Origin: Candidatus Freyarchaeum deiterrae
Lineage (GTDB): Archaea > Asgardarchaeota > Jordiarchaeia > Jordiarchaeales > Jordiarchaeaceae
DNA length: 64,000 nt
Assembly: GCA_037305845.1 (NCBI GenBank)
Contig: CP147778.1
Coordinates: forward strand, 288,001 to 352,000
Reading direction: 5' to 3'
In this document: one piece after another, positions 37,981 to 47,278 of the stretch
Numbering within the stretch: position 1 is the stretch's first letter
How the letters are laid out: the number at the start of each line of letters is the position of its first letter
Notes under the pieces: model-generated
What the model was told of the DNA's origin: nothing
The model's database searches: none
The model's input: only the letters and a program-made list of their open reading frames with translations
Program-made: the position numbers and the translations under genes

Positions 37981-39102
37981 TTAAGCTTCAACAGACACGT
38001 TCTGTATTTCAGGAGGAACATTACCCCAGACACCATCTGCTATCGGCGGATTAATCGTGGGTTGCGATCCAGCCTTCAATATGGCTTGCCCATTTAAGGG
38101 GGACAATACGAACTTTAGAAACTCAATAGCCCAGTACCGATTCTGGGCAGTGTTAGGAATCGTAGCCCCGTATTGGATCCACGAACCCTGATAAGTCGTC
38201 GTGGTAGGGGTAACTGAGAATTGCGAATACCAAGCATTGTAAGGTTGATATCCTAGACTAACATTATCTGGAAGCGCTACGTAGTTTAAACCACTTTGAT
38301 TGGCATTGGACTCATAGACTATACCATAATCGAGTTCATTTGCCTGTAAAAGAGCTATTATATTCGCCGACTTAGCAGCTACCGTAATCCATGAAGGTGA
38401 AGGTTTTGATTCAACTTCAGATAACAAAATGCCTTGACTGCTATTGCTTGGATTGACTGGATAACCAGGATATTCACTTGAGTGATCTGGATAATAGGTG
38501 TCGCTTATGTTTAGCATAATAAGTGTTCTATAGCCGCATGGATCTTGGTCAGGGTTGGCTCTAGCCCATGTTACTTTCTGCCCATTATCGTATCCAGTAG
38601 ATAGGGCTGTGTACCAAGTGGTGTTGGTCAACGGTATAGCAGTAGGACTGTAAGCTATGCAGAGTGTATTTGTTGCAAAGTCCACCCACCAATCAGTATA
38701 GTTTACCACAGGAAATGACGGTATGGGTGTCTGATACAACATGTTTTTGATCACGTAGAAGTCGGCGGAGAAAAATAGGTCACACGGTTGTCCCTGTTTT
38801 ATACGGTTAGCGCAGTCAATTGATCCTGCAGACGTAATGTAAATATTCACCCCTGGGTGTAGCGCCTCAAATTCTTGGGCCGCTGTAGTCAAAACTCCCT
38901 GAAGACTTCCCGCAGTAAGAATGTTAACACTTCCTCCAATTGGAAGACCAAAGAGCGTCAAAAGATTCTGTTGCTGCTGTTGCTGCTGTGGAGCGTACCA
39001 TCCGTAGTAATAGGCGGTGCCACTAAGTATTACGCTTGATGCTATAATTACTGCTAGTATGTTTACGCCAATTGCTCGGGACAGTTTCAAGGGTTTACTC
39101 AA
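37981..39102 (-). CDS. wtpA: Tungstate/molybdate-binding protein (WtpA type)
   Basis: N-terminal TM, AGSL, SAD, DPCGYR, YES motifs. Confidence 0.85.
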   Translation of the reverse strand: MSKPLKLSRAIGVNILAVIIASSVILSGTAYYYGWYAPQQQQQQQNLLTLFGLPIGGSVNILTAGSLQGVLTTAAQEFEALHPGVNIYITSAGSIDCANRIKQGQPCDLFFSADFYVIKNMLYQTPIPSFPVVNYTDWWVDFATNTLCIAYSPTAIPLTNTTWYTALSTGYDNGQKVTWARANPDQDPCGYRTLIMLNISDTYYPDHSSEYPGYPVNPSNSSQGILLSEVESKPSPSWITVAAKSANIIALLQANELDYGIVYESNANQSGLNYVALPDNVSLGYQPYNAWYSQFSVTPTTTTYQGSWIQYGATIPNTAQNRYWAIEFLKFVLSPLNGQAILKAGSQPTINPPIADGVWGNVPPEIQNVSVEA

Positions 39103-39206
39103 TTTTTTTATCTCCTAAACTTTTTTTCGATTTGGGGGTCTCTTATGAAAATATGGGATCCATTAGTGAATCGGATGCTTTGTAGAAGTTGGTAGTTTCT
39201 ACAGCA

Positions 39207-39234
39207 ACCGATATGAACCGTTATGCATATCGGT
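39207..39234. promoter_or_regulatory. ModE-like operator upstream of wtpABC
   Basis: Inverted repeat ACCGATATG-N10-CATATCGGT, i.e. CGnTAT-N12-ATAnCG; lies just downstream of minus-strand TATA-like TTTTTATA (~39247-39254). Confidence 0.65.
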
Positions 39235-39358
39235 ATCATGAACCTGTATAAAAATATTCCCATAAAGGTACCTTTTGCATAATTTCCTCTATTTCCTCAT
39301 TTTCGCCCTTTTTGTAGCGTAAAACTTGGACAAAGTTTTTGTTTTTCTGGAAGTTATT

Positions 39359-40174
39359 TTACTCTTTTATGTTATTTTCAGTTTTTTCTACGAAGTATAA
39401 GAGTAAATCGATAAAGAATTGTGGGCGTTCCATTATGAGTTCGTGCCCGCAGAAGGGGAAAATCGCCAATTGTGAGTTTGGAATTTGTTTGTGCATGAGT
39501 TCGGCGTTCTCGACCGGAACTATATTATCATCCTGTCCATGGATTATCAGGGTTGGGGTTTTTATCTCTTTGAGTTTTTTTCGAAAATCTGCTGACTCTA
39601 CTTGGAAGCCTTTGTTAATTCTTCCCGGAGTTTCGGAGGGCGGGATGCGTTTACTCTCCCTGAAAATGTTGACTATGTCGTCGTGTCTTCTTCTGAAGAT
39701 AGGGTTGAAAACATCTTTAACCTGAGCTTCCACGAGCGCTTCCACTCCGCCGCTAAGGAGAGCTTCTGACCATTTACCTGAAACATTTACGGTGTGCTCC
39801 GGGATGTATGGGGCTACGTCCACTAGGATTATTCCTCTAACCTTTTCAGGGTAGCTTAAAGCGGTTTTCAGTACTGTGTATCCTCCCATGCTGGCGCCGC
39901 AAAAATAAGCACTGTCTATTCCCAGTTGGTCTAGTAAGGTTACTATATCCTTGGCAAAGAGGGACTGCGTGTATGGTTGATTCGGCTTGTCTGACTGCCC
40001 GTGACCCCTGAGATCAACAGCAATACACCTTATCTCCTTCGATAACTCAGGAATAACTAGCGCCCAATCCCTGGTGTCACCGCCCAACCCGTCAACAAAA
40101 ACCACCGGTACTCCCTCACCGGTATCCTCATAGTAAATCTGGATGTCATTTATTCTGGATTTCAAGAGCACCAC
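39359..40174 (-). CDS. Alpha/beta hydrolase (enol-lactonase-like)
   Basis: DLRGHG, GASMGG, HGQDD, CGH. Confidence 0.88.
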   Translation of the reverse strand: MVLLKSRINDIQIYYEDTGEGVPVVFVDGLGGDTRDWALVIPELSKEIRCIAVDLRGHGQSDKPNQPYTQSLFAKDIVTLLDQLGIDSAYFCGASMGGYTVLKTALSYPEKVRGIILVDVAPYIPEHTVNVSGKWSEALLSGGVEALVEAQVKDVFNPIFRRRHDDIVNIFRESKRIPPSETPGRINKGFQVESADFRKKLKEIKTPTLIIHGQDDNIVPVENAELMHKQIPNSQLAIFPFCGHELIMERPQFFIDLLLYFVEKTENNIKE

Positions 40175-40503
40175 TTCTAAATTTTAGATTAACTAAAGTC
40201 CTTTATAATTATTAGGATAAGCCCACACAAATAAACGGAGTGGACGGCAGATTGTAGTAAATCTCGATTAAAGGTATTAAGAACATTCTTTGATGACCAA
40301 ACTTTTTATGTATCACACGAAATTTCCTTCTTTTTCTCTTAAAAATTCTCCAAACCTAAATATTTTTGAATGGAATGATTAGAAAAGTTTAATTTATACT
40401 TGATTAATATAGTAATTAGCCTGAATTTTACGCAGAGACATTAGGATATTTTTGCAGAATCAACGACAATGCGATACAGAGTATGAGTCTTGAATAATAA
40501 TTA

Positions 40504-41442
40504 TTGCAAAAATTTTCGAGAGTGAGGAAAGTGATATATGGATTACTAATATTTGACAGAACTGGAAAAAATTTTTTCCAAAAGTTTTATGGTAACATCG
40601 AGGTAGAGGAGAACATCATACGCAGCTTCGTTAAGGAGCTGACAATCCTCATGTACAACCTTAATCAGGTCAATAGAATTTCGTACATAAATCTGGAAAA
40701 GCTGAAATTTTTCTACTCCATTTTTAAAGACATAATCACAGTTTTTTGCACGGATCAAAATGAAGATCTAAGGGACGTCCACGACAAATTCGTCAAAGTG
40801 CAGGAAGAATTTATTAAAATTTTCGACAATCTACCGAGAGAAGAAAATAAACTGGAGGGGGAATCGAAAATTGAGAATAGCCCTCTAAATGTATTTCAAA
40901 AAACTGTGGACAAGATACTTTTCCCCCATCTTAAAACAGTGATAATTGGAGATGGCGGAGTTGGAAAAACTACCATTCTGAAACTTATCATGGGAGAAAA
41001 GACGATTTCCCCTTACCTTCCAACGGTTGGAGTGGATGTTAAAGAGTTTAGTAACGCGGTCAAAAACATGAATCTTATTCTCTGGGACTTCTCAGGTCAA
41101 CCACAGTTCAGAAAACTCTGGAGACCATTTCTCGATGGAACCCACATCGCCATCCTAGTTACGGATTCAACACCTAAAAACATAGAAGAAACAAAAAATA
41201 TATACCAATTAATTAAAGAAGAAAAACCGGAAATGAATTTCATACTAATCGCTAATAAGCAGGACTTACCAGACGCAACCGCACCCGAAACCATCGGAAA
41301 ATACTTGGGAATAACAGCGCACGGATTAGTCGCAATTGACCCAAACTACAGAAAAAAAATACTAGAAATAATCAGAGAAAAAATCACAGAGCTCACCCAA
41401 GTCAAGTCTAAACCATCTCTGCCCATTGACGTTAAGGCGTAA
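40504..41442 (+). CDS. Longin-domain + Arf/Rab-like small GTPase fusion
   Basis: N-terminal longin-like pattern (IYGLLIFDRTGKNFF...LKFFY...IITVFCTD); GDGGVGKT, PTVG, WDFSGQ, NKQD. Confidence 0.85.
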   Translation: MQKFSRVRKVIYGLLIFDRTGKNFFQKFYGNIEVEENIIRSFVKELTILMYNLNQVNRISYINLEKLKFFYSIFKDIITVFCTDQNEDLRDVHDKFVKVQEEFIKIFDNLPREENKLEGESKIENSPLNVFQKTVDKILFPHLKTVIIGDGGVGKTTILKLIMGEKTISPYLPTVGVDVKEFSNAVKNMNLILWDFSGQPQFRKLWRPFLDGTHIAILVTDSTPKNIEETKNIYQLIKEEKPEMNFILIANKQDLPDATAPETIGKYLGITAHGLVAIDPNYRKKILEIIREKITELTQVKSKPSLPIDVKA

Positions 41443-41679
41443 AAAACCAGTCCAGTTATGGAATCGTTTCACATGCTATTGATTTTAGGTTTTGCCTATT
41501 TTTATCATTAAAAATGTTTGGGAGAAACATCGTTTGTTTTATTTTTTTGTTAGATGTTTGGTTGTTAGTTTATACGATTTTTGTAAGACAGAAATGTATC
41601 AAAGTGAAAATTCTCCAATATGATTGAGAAAACATTATATTGAGAATTAAAGACTGTTCTTTCCTCTCTATTTTAGCTG

Positions 41680-43119
41680 GTGATGCACTTGGATTCCGAG
41701 AGATATCGCTACTTTGAGGAATTGTTCCATCCGCAATCTATTGCTATTGTGGGTGCTTCAGAACCTAACGCTTTTTACATTTTGCCCCTACTTGAGTCTA
41801 AATTTTCTGGAAAAGTGTATCTTGTGAATCCTAATCGGACGGAGTTATTCGGGTTAAAATGTTATCCTAGTATTCTGGATATTGATGGTTCAATTGATTA
41901 TGTCATTTCTGCGATTCCAGCCCGTTTTGCTCTGGAATTAATGAAGGAATGTGTGGAAAAAGGGGTTAAAACAGTTCAATACTATACATCCGGTTTTAGT
42001 GAAACTGGAAAGCCAGATGATATAAAGCTGGAAGAGGAGCTGCTAAAAATTGCCAGAGCGGGAGACGTGAGAATAATAGGCCCTAACTGTATGGGGCTGT
42101 ATGTCCCGGAATCGGGAGTATCATTCTTCTATGATTTTCCCAGGGAAAGTGGGCCTGTTGCTCTTGTTGCTCAGTCTGGTGCATTAGCAATCGGAATAAT
42201 CATGCTTGGAAGAGCTAGAGGTATTAGGTTTAGTAAGCTCATCAGTTTTGGTAACGCTGCAGACTTTGACTCTTCGGATTTTATTGAGTACCTTGCTGAG
42301 GATCCGAAAACCGAAATCATTACCGCCTATCTTGAGGGAGTGAAAGACGGGAGAAAATTGTTAAGCGTGTTAAAGGAAGCTAATCTGCGGAAACCGGTAG
42401 TAGTTTTAAAGGGCGGGAGAACAAGTGAGGGGGCTAGGGCGGCTTCGTCGCATACCGGTTCTCTTTCAGGATCCGCCAATATTTGGAACACGGTTTTTAA
42501 ACAGCTAGGTGTAGTTACAGTTAACACGGTTGAAGAGTTGACCGACACTGTATTAGCCTTCACCCAGGTGCCTAAGCCACGCGGTAGAGGAGTTCTAATA
42601 GTTTCTTTTAGCGGAGGCTTCACTGTTGTTCAATCCGATATTTGTACAGAGCTAGGATTGAAAATTCCAGTAATAAGCAGGAAATCGACAGAGGAAATAA
42701 ATAAAATAGTTCACTCCGCAGGGAGCAGCATAAAGAACCCTTTGGACATTCCCTCCGCTTACCTTAGTAATGATATCGTAGCAAAGTCGTTGAGTGTCGC
42801 GGCGTCTGAGGATAGCATTGACATAGTGCTTTTTGATTTCACAGATCGCCTTCGTGTTTTCTTTGAGCGTGCGAGCAACATTGAGGGATATAGCGTCCTC
42901 CTAGAAACTGTAATCAATTCTGCGAAATATGTTCGAGATGTTCTGGGTAAACCCTTTCTAGTAGCACTACCGCCCTCCTATTATGAGGATGAGGGTAGAA
43001 AGTTGAAGGACTTGTTCCAGAGCGAGGGATTCCCCGTCTTTCCTTCTGCGGATAGGGCTGCAAAAGCCGTAAGCAATGTTCTCAACTATTATGATTTTTT
43101 GAAAGGGAAAGCAACGTAG
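41680..43119 (+). CDS. acdA: Acyl/acetate-CoA ligase (ADP-forming) alpha subunit
   Basis: PQSIAIVGAS, IIGPNCMG, QSGA, AASSHTGSL phospho-His motif, NPLD. Confidence 0.88.
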   Translation: MMHLDSERYRYFEELFHPQSIAIVGASEPNAFYILPLLESKFSGKVYLVNPNRTELFGLKCYPSILDIDGSIDYVISAIPARFALELMKECVEKGVKTVQYYTSGFSETGKPDDIKLEEELLKIARAGDVRIIGPNCMGLYVPESGVSFFYDFPRESGPVALVAQSGALAIGIIMLGRARGIRFSKLISFGNAADFDSSDFIEYLAEDPKTEIITAYLEGVKDGRKLLSVLKEANLRKPVVVLKGGRTSEGARAASSHTGSLSGSANIWNTVFKQLGVVTVNTVEELTDTVLAFTQVPKPRGRGVLIVSFSGGFTVVQSDICTELGLKIPVISRKSTEEINKIVHSAGSSIKNPLDIPSAYLSNDIVAKSLSVAASEDSIDIVLFDFTDRLRVFFERASNIEGYSVLLETVINSAKYVRDVLGKPFLVALPPSYYEDEGRKLKDLFQSEGFPVFPSADRAAKAVSNVLNYYDFLKGKAT

Positions 43120-43229
43120 AAAATAGTGCTCATTTAAAGGTTTTTTTTCGAAATATGTGGTAAATGTTTATCTATTATCTTTCCCATTAATTTATTCTAG
43201 CGACAGAATTTTTCGGATGGTGGATATTT

Positions 43230-44957
43230 TTGGAGAAGAGAATCAGTTGCATTGAGCCTGCGGATAAAGAGCTTTTTACTGGCAGACCTAGTGAGGTTAA
43301 AGAGTTTCAAGACTTTATTTCTGGAGTAAAGGCGGGTTCCGAAGATAAGAGAATTTGGGTAATTACCGGGATACCCGGCATTGGAAAGTCATCCCTGATG
43401 AAGAGGTTTATTCAGATAACTGAGACAGAGGGCCTAGAGGTACTGGTTAGAAATATTTCCGCCTCTGAGGCTAGAATGTTTTTCGATGGTGTGAAAAAAA
43501 CACTTGATAGTTACGCGCCTGAAGCTCGGAAAAAATTCATGGGCGAAAAGAAATACGTACCGGCTCCACCGCTTTCCAAAGAGATGGGGAGCCAGGAGTT
43601 TGAACAATTTTTTAACCAGTTCTTTGAGGATATGGATAAGGTTCAGCAAAAGCTCAGTAAGATTTTAGTGTTTTTCTGTGACAATTTCGAGCGTTTCGGT
43701 TGGTTGGGCTATGAGGCTGCTTACGATTTGTTCAGAAGAATAGCAGCCAGGCTGGGTGAAATGGGATTTAGCGTTTTCTTTATACTCAGTGTGGATAAAA
43801 AGTTTCTCGACTTGTTGGTGGATGATAAAGCGGAATTGTTTCGCGTAGTAGATTTGGATGTCTTCCCGGTGCAGGACGTACGTTTGTTGATTCAGAAATT
43901 TCAGAATGCGACGGGTATGAGGATTGATGATGCTCTTAAGGAGGAGTTAGCCAAAGCCTCAGGAGGTATCCCCTTTAAACTAGCATTATTTATCTGCGGT
44001 TTACTCAAGGAAACCCGTATGGGCGAGGTTCAACCGAGTGTGGAAATCTTTCGAAGAGTGGATAGCAAGATTCAGGATAACGCTCTGAACGCCTTAACCG
44101 ATCTAACCGTGGAGAAGGAGACTCTTGTAGATAAGATTGTTTCACAGAGGTTTAACTTGATTCCTCTAGAGGAACTTGGCTCAGAGGCGGGAGGGAAATC
44201 AAGCGGAAACGCTCTGAACGCTCTTATCGAAGAGGGAATAATAGAGGTTGATAGCTCCTCGGCTTGGCTTAAATCCGACGCGTTTTATGAAATGTTGAGA
44301 CTTCTTATTAACGTGGATCAGGTCTACGGTCGCGCAAGAGCCGTGCTGAAGGTAATCGGAAGAGTAATAGAAGTTAAGAACAGACCGGATCCCATTTACT
44401 TTGAGTGGCTGAGGGACTCTGCAAATATGCTGATCTCACAGGATAAACCCGCCCTAGCTGTAGAGATAGCCACGAATGCTGAGGTTTATGCAAACTCCGC
44501 GTTGGAAAATAAACTTTACTATGAATCCATGCAACTATTCCGCTTAACTGCTAATATCTACGAGAGGACGGGTGACTCTGAGCGTGCCGGAACTATTCTT
44601 GAGAGAGCCGCTAAACTCTTTGAGACTGAGGATAAGAGTTTCTATTCAAGGTCCCTGCTTTCCCGAGCCTCGGATCTTTTTGATGCTTCCAAGGTGGAGT
44701 GGAAAGCACGCTCCATATCTAGGAGCGCGGCTCTAATCTACGAGGAAACCGGAGACAGTTATGATGAGAGGGGGTTCAAAATGTTGGCAAGGGTTTTCTA
44801 CCGCAAAGCCTTTGAACACTATCTAAGGGCAGGGGATAAGGAGAGGATAGAAAGTTTATATGAAAAGGCTATGAACGCTTTTGGCGAGCAGCCAATTTTT
44901 CTAAAAGAGTTTGAGGAGTTAAAGAAAAAAGAAGGAGTAGTGGTTAAGGAGGAATGA
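43230..44957 (+). CDS. STAND-class P-loop NTPase with C-terminal TPR/alpha-SNAP-like helical repeats
   Basis: FTGR, Walker A GIPGIGKS, Walker B LVFFCDNFE, SGGIPF (GxP motif), winged-helix-like segment, then A/Y/E-rich TPR-like helices. Confidence 0.8.
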   Translation: MEKRISCIEPADKELFTGRPSEVKEFQDFISGVKAGSEDKRIWVITGIPGIGKSSLMKRFIQITETEGLEVLVRNISASEARMFFDGVKKTLDSYAPEARKKFMGEKKYVPAPPLSKEMGSQEFEQFFNQFFEDMDKVQQKLSKILVFFCDNFERFGWLGYEAAYDLFRRIAARLGEMGFSVFFILSVDKKFLDLLVDDKAELFRVVDLDVFPVQDVRLLIQKFQNATGMRIDDALKEELAKASGGIPFKLALFICGLLKETRMGEVQPSVEIFRRVDSKIQDNALNALTDLTVEKETLVDKIVSQRFNLIPLEELGSEAGGKSSGNALNALIEEGIIEVDSSSAWLKSDAFYEMLRLLINVDQVYGRARAVLKVIGRVIEVKNRPDPIYFEWLRDSANMLISQDKPALAVEIATNAEVYANSALENKLYYESMQLFRLTANIYERTGDSERAGTILERAAKLFETEDKSFYSRSLLSRASDLFDASKVEWKARSISRSAALIYEETGDSYDERGFKMLARVFYRKAFEHYLRAGDKERIESLYEKAMNAFGEQPIFLKEFEELKKKEGVVVKEE

Positions 44958-44964
44958 AAATTCT

Positions 44965-47277
44965 ATGGAAAAAATTCAGCAGAGAATAGCGGAAAGAAAG
45001 GAATCTCTAGTTGAATCAAACAACGCTGTTAAAGACATTGAGACAAAATTTAATGAAACCTTTTCCGCTTTGACAGAACAAATTGGACCTTCTTCAGAAA
45101 AATTGAAAGCAATTTCTAAGCAGTTTCAAACAAGTGAAGATAATCTGAAAAAAAAGTTCGCAGCCTCAATAAAGGGGGCTCAAAACAATATTGCTAACTG
45201 GATGCAGGAGATAGAAACCAGTCTTAAGGAGGAGATTAACACCCAAACCGGCTCGCTCAACCAGGGAATTGACACCATAACGGAGGAGCTGATATCGAAG
45301 CTAACCCAAATTGATTCGAACATTAACGGAAAGATTGAGGAGTCAAATAGCGGTGTTAGCCAGAAAGTCACGGAAACCCAATCAAGTTTAGACACGGAAT
45401 TAAACTCTTTAATTTCCCATATCGATGAATCCTCAGGAGAATTTCTCTCGAAAGCCGAAGAAAACAGAAAGACGCAGGAGGAGCTGTTATCGAATGTTTC
45501 TGAGGAACTAAAAAACCAGGTTCTCTCCAGCACCCAAAACTTTGGAGAATCAGAAAGCGGTTTTCTAAAAGAAAACTATAACGCTTTTACTTCTCAAATT
45601 ACGGATTTTGGTGCACGGACATCTGAAATTTTAGACGGTTATCAAGGTAATCTTGAATCCATGTTTTCGGATGCAAAAAAAGGCGCGGAATCCATAGTCC
45701 TTAAGATGAAAGAGAAGTTGGAAACGCTAGAGTCTGAGACAATAGGCAATTTGGAAAAGGCGTCCACGGAGTACTTGAACAAGGTTTCTGAGAATCACGA
45801 TTCTCTTAAAGGCGGATTGGATCAGAAATTGGGAGAGGCTACTTCCATTATAGAGGCAGCGAAGGAGGCGCTAAAGGCCGAAGTAAATAACTTAGCGGAG
45901 ACAAAACTAAAAGAAATAGAAGAGATTAGCAACCAAACGAGAGAAAAGCTTGACGAAGTTTCGGGTTTAAAGGAGAGAGATTTCTCGAAGAATGTGGAGG
46001 ATCTGCTTTCCGGCTTCTCTTCACAGCTTGTCGGTCAGCTTGAGAGGCTAGAAGGGAGTATGCAATCTCTGCAGGAGCAGGTAAGCGGAGATCTTTCAAG
46101 TGCTCTGGAACAGATTTCCAAATTGGTGACTTCAATTAACACTAATATCAATGCGATGTTTGTTTCGGAGTTGAAGGAGGTTCAATCCGTTCTTCAAAGT
46201 TATGAGGAGCAATACACGGAGCTGGTAAGTGGTTCTGTAAAATCTTTCTACGATGACGCCTCGGTCTTAAAGTCGGATTTCGATTCGAGATTAATGGAAA
46301 CCAGACAAGAGTTCAGCAAGTCGATGGAGACTTTGGTGGCCAAACTTTCAGAGTCTTTGGAGAATTATGTTGAGAAGAGCAAGACGGTAAAAGAGAGCAT
46401 CACAAATGATGTCTCGAATGTGCTGGATTCCAATAAAGCTTTACTCGAGTCTCAAAACGAGGAATTCAAAAGCAATGCATCCCAAGCTATAAAAAGCGCT
46501 ACTGAATCGTTTGGTGAAATGGGGGAGAGTTCGTCGTCAAGCCTAAGTGTTGGCGCAGACGAGACCATGCAAAAAATTACTGAAGAACTCACAAAGTCAA
46601 AGGACACCATCACTCAAATTATTGAAGAAAATAATGCCAAAACCGGAGAAGCCCAAGCGGCTTTCGAACAGAAACTGCAAGAACTGAACCAAAACCTAGG
46701 AACAAGTGTTGAAAACCTGGTGAAAGAATTCCAAGCTAAATGGGCTGAAGGCATCAGTGAAAACTCGTCAGCCAATACGGGAACTGTTGAAAACTTAAAG
46801 ACCTCATTAAAGGATACTATTTCGAACAGCATAAACAACCTGAAAGAAGAATTAGAGCGAACCAAGACGGTTATGGCTGAAACCACAAGCCAAGAAACCT
46901 CATCCATAAAAGAGCTTGTACAGAAAATGACTGAGACATCGGAGCAAAGCCTCGCCTCTGTTAAAACGAGTGTGAAAGAGAATCTAGATGGTACGGTTTC
47001 GGGTATTTCGACGCGACTTTCAGACCTAGGCACGAATACTGGTAATGAATTATCTGAAGTGGAAGAGGAGACTTTGAAAGAGTTGGGGAGCGGGATAGAT
47101 GAAATACAGGAAACCGTAAAAAATCTTATTAGCAGTTTCTCCGAGATTGACGGCGAAGTTAAAAGAAGTGGCGGGGGTGTCTCTAAAAACATTGCAAATC
47201 TATTGAAAACTTTGGGAGAAGCCTACAAGAGCCTCGAGGCTGCCGAAAAAGAAATCTCAAGTATAGGGGGTAGATAA
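44965..47277 (+). CDS. 770-aa all-helical coiled-coil/apolipoprotein-like protein
   Basis: E/S/K/L-rich, only one Pro, no Cys, continuous amphipathic helical pattern; no globular motif. Confidence 0.8.
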   Translation: MEKIQQRIAERKESLVESNNAVKDIETKFNETFSALTEQIGPSSEKLKAISKQFQTSEDNLKKKFAASIKGAQNNIANWMQEIETSLKEEINTQTGSLNQGIDTITEELISKLTQIDSNINGKIEESNSGVSQKVTETQSSLDTELNSLISHIDESSGEFLSKAEENRKTQEELLSNVSEELKNQVLSSTQNFGESESGFLKENYNAFTSQITDFGARTSEILDGYQGNLESMFSDAKKGAESIVLKMKEKLETLESETIGNLEKASTEYLNKVSENHDSLKGGLDQKLGEATSIIEAAKEALKAEVNNLAETKLKEIEEISNQTREKLDEVSGLKERDFSKNVEDLLSGFSSQLVGQLERLEGSMQSLQEQVSGDLSSALEQISKLVTSINTNINAMFVSELKEVQSVLQSYEEQYTELVSGSVKSFYDDASVLKSDFDSRLMETRQEFSKSMETLVAKLSESLENYVEKSKTVKESITNDVSNVLDSNKALLESQNEEFKSNASQAIKSATESFGEMGESSSSSLSVGADETMQKITEELTKSKDTITQIIEENNAKTGEAQAAFEQKLQELNQNLGTSVENLVKEFQAKWAEGISENSSANTGTVENLKTSLKDTISNSINNLKEELERTKTVMAETTSQETSSIKELVQKMTETSEQSLASVKTSVKENLDGTVSGISTRLSDLGTNTGNELSEVEEETLKELGSGIDEIQETVKNLISSFSEIDGEVKRSGGGVSKNIANLLKTLGEAYKSLEAAEKEISSIGGR

Positions 47278-47278
47278 A

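Noticed and set aside
43230-44957. NSF/alpha-SNAP (SNARE disassembly) orthology
   Set aside because: The ATPase has STAND rather than classic AAA+ (CDC48/NSF) motifs; the SNAP resemblance is only generic TPR-like helices.
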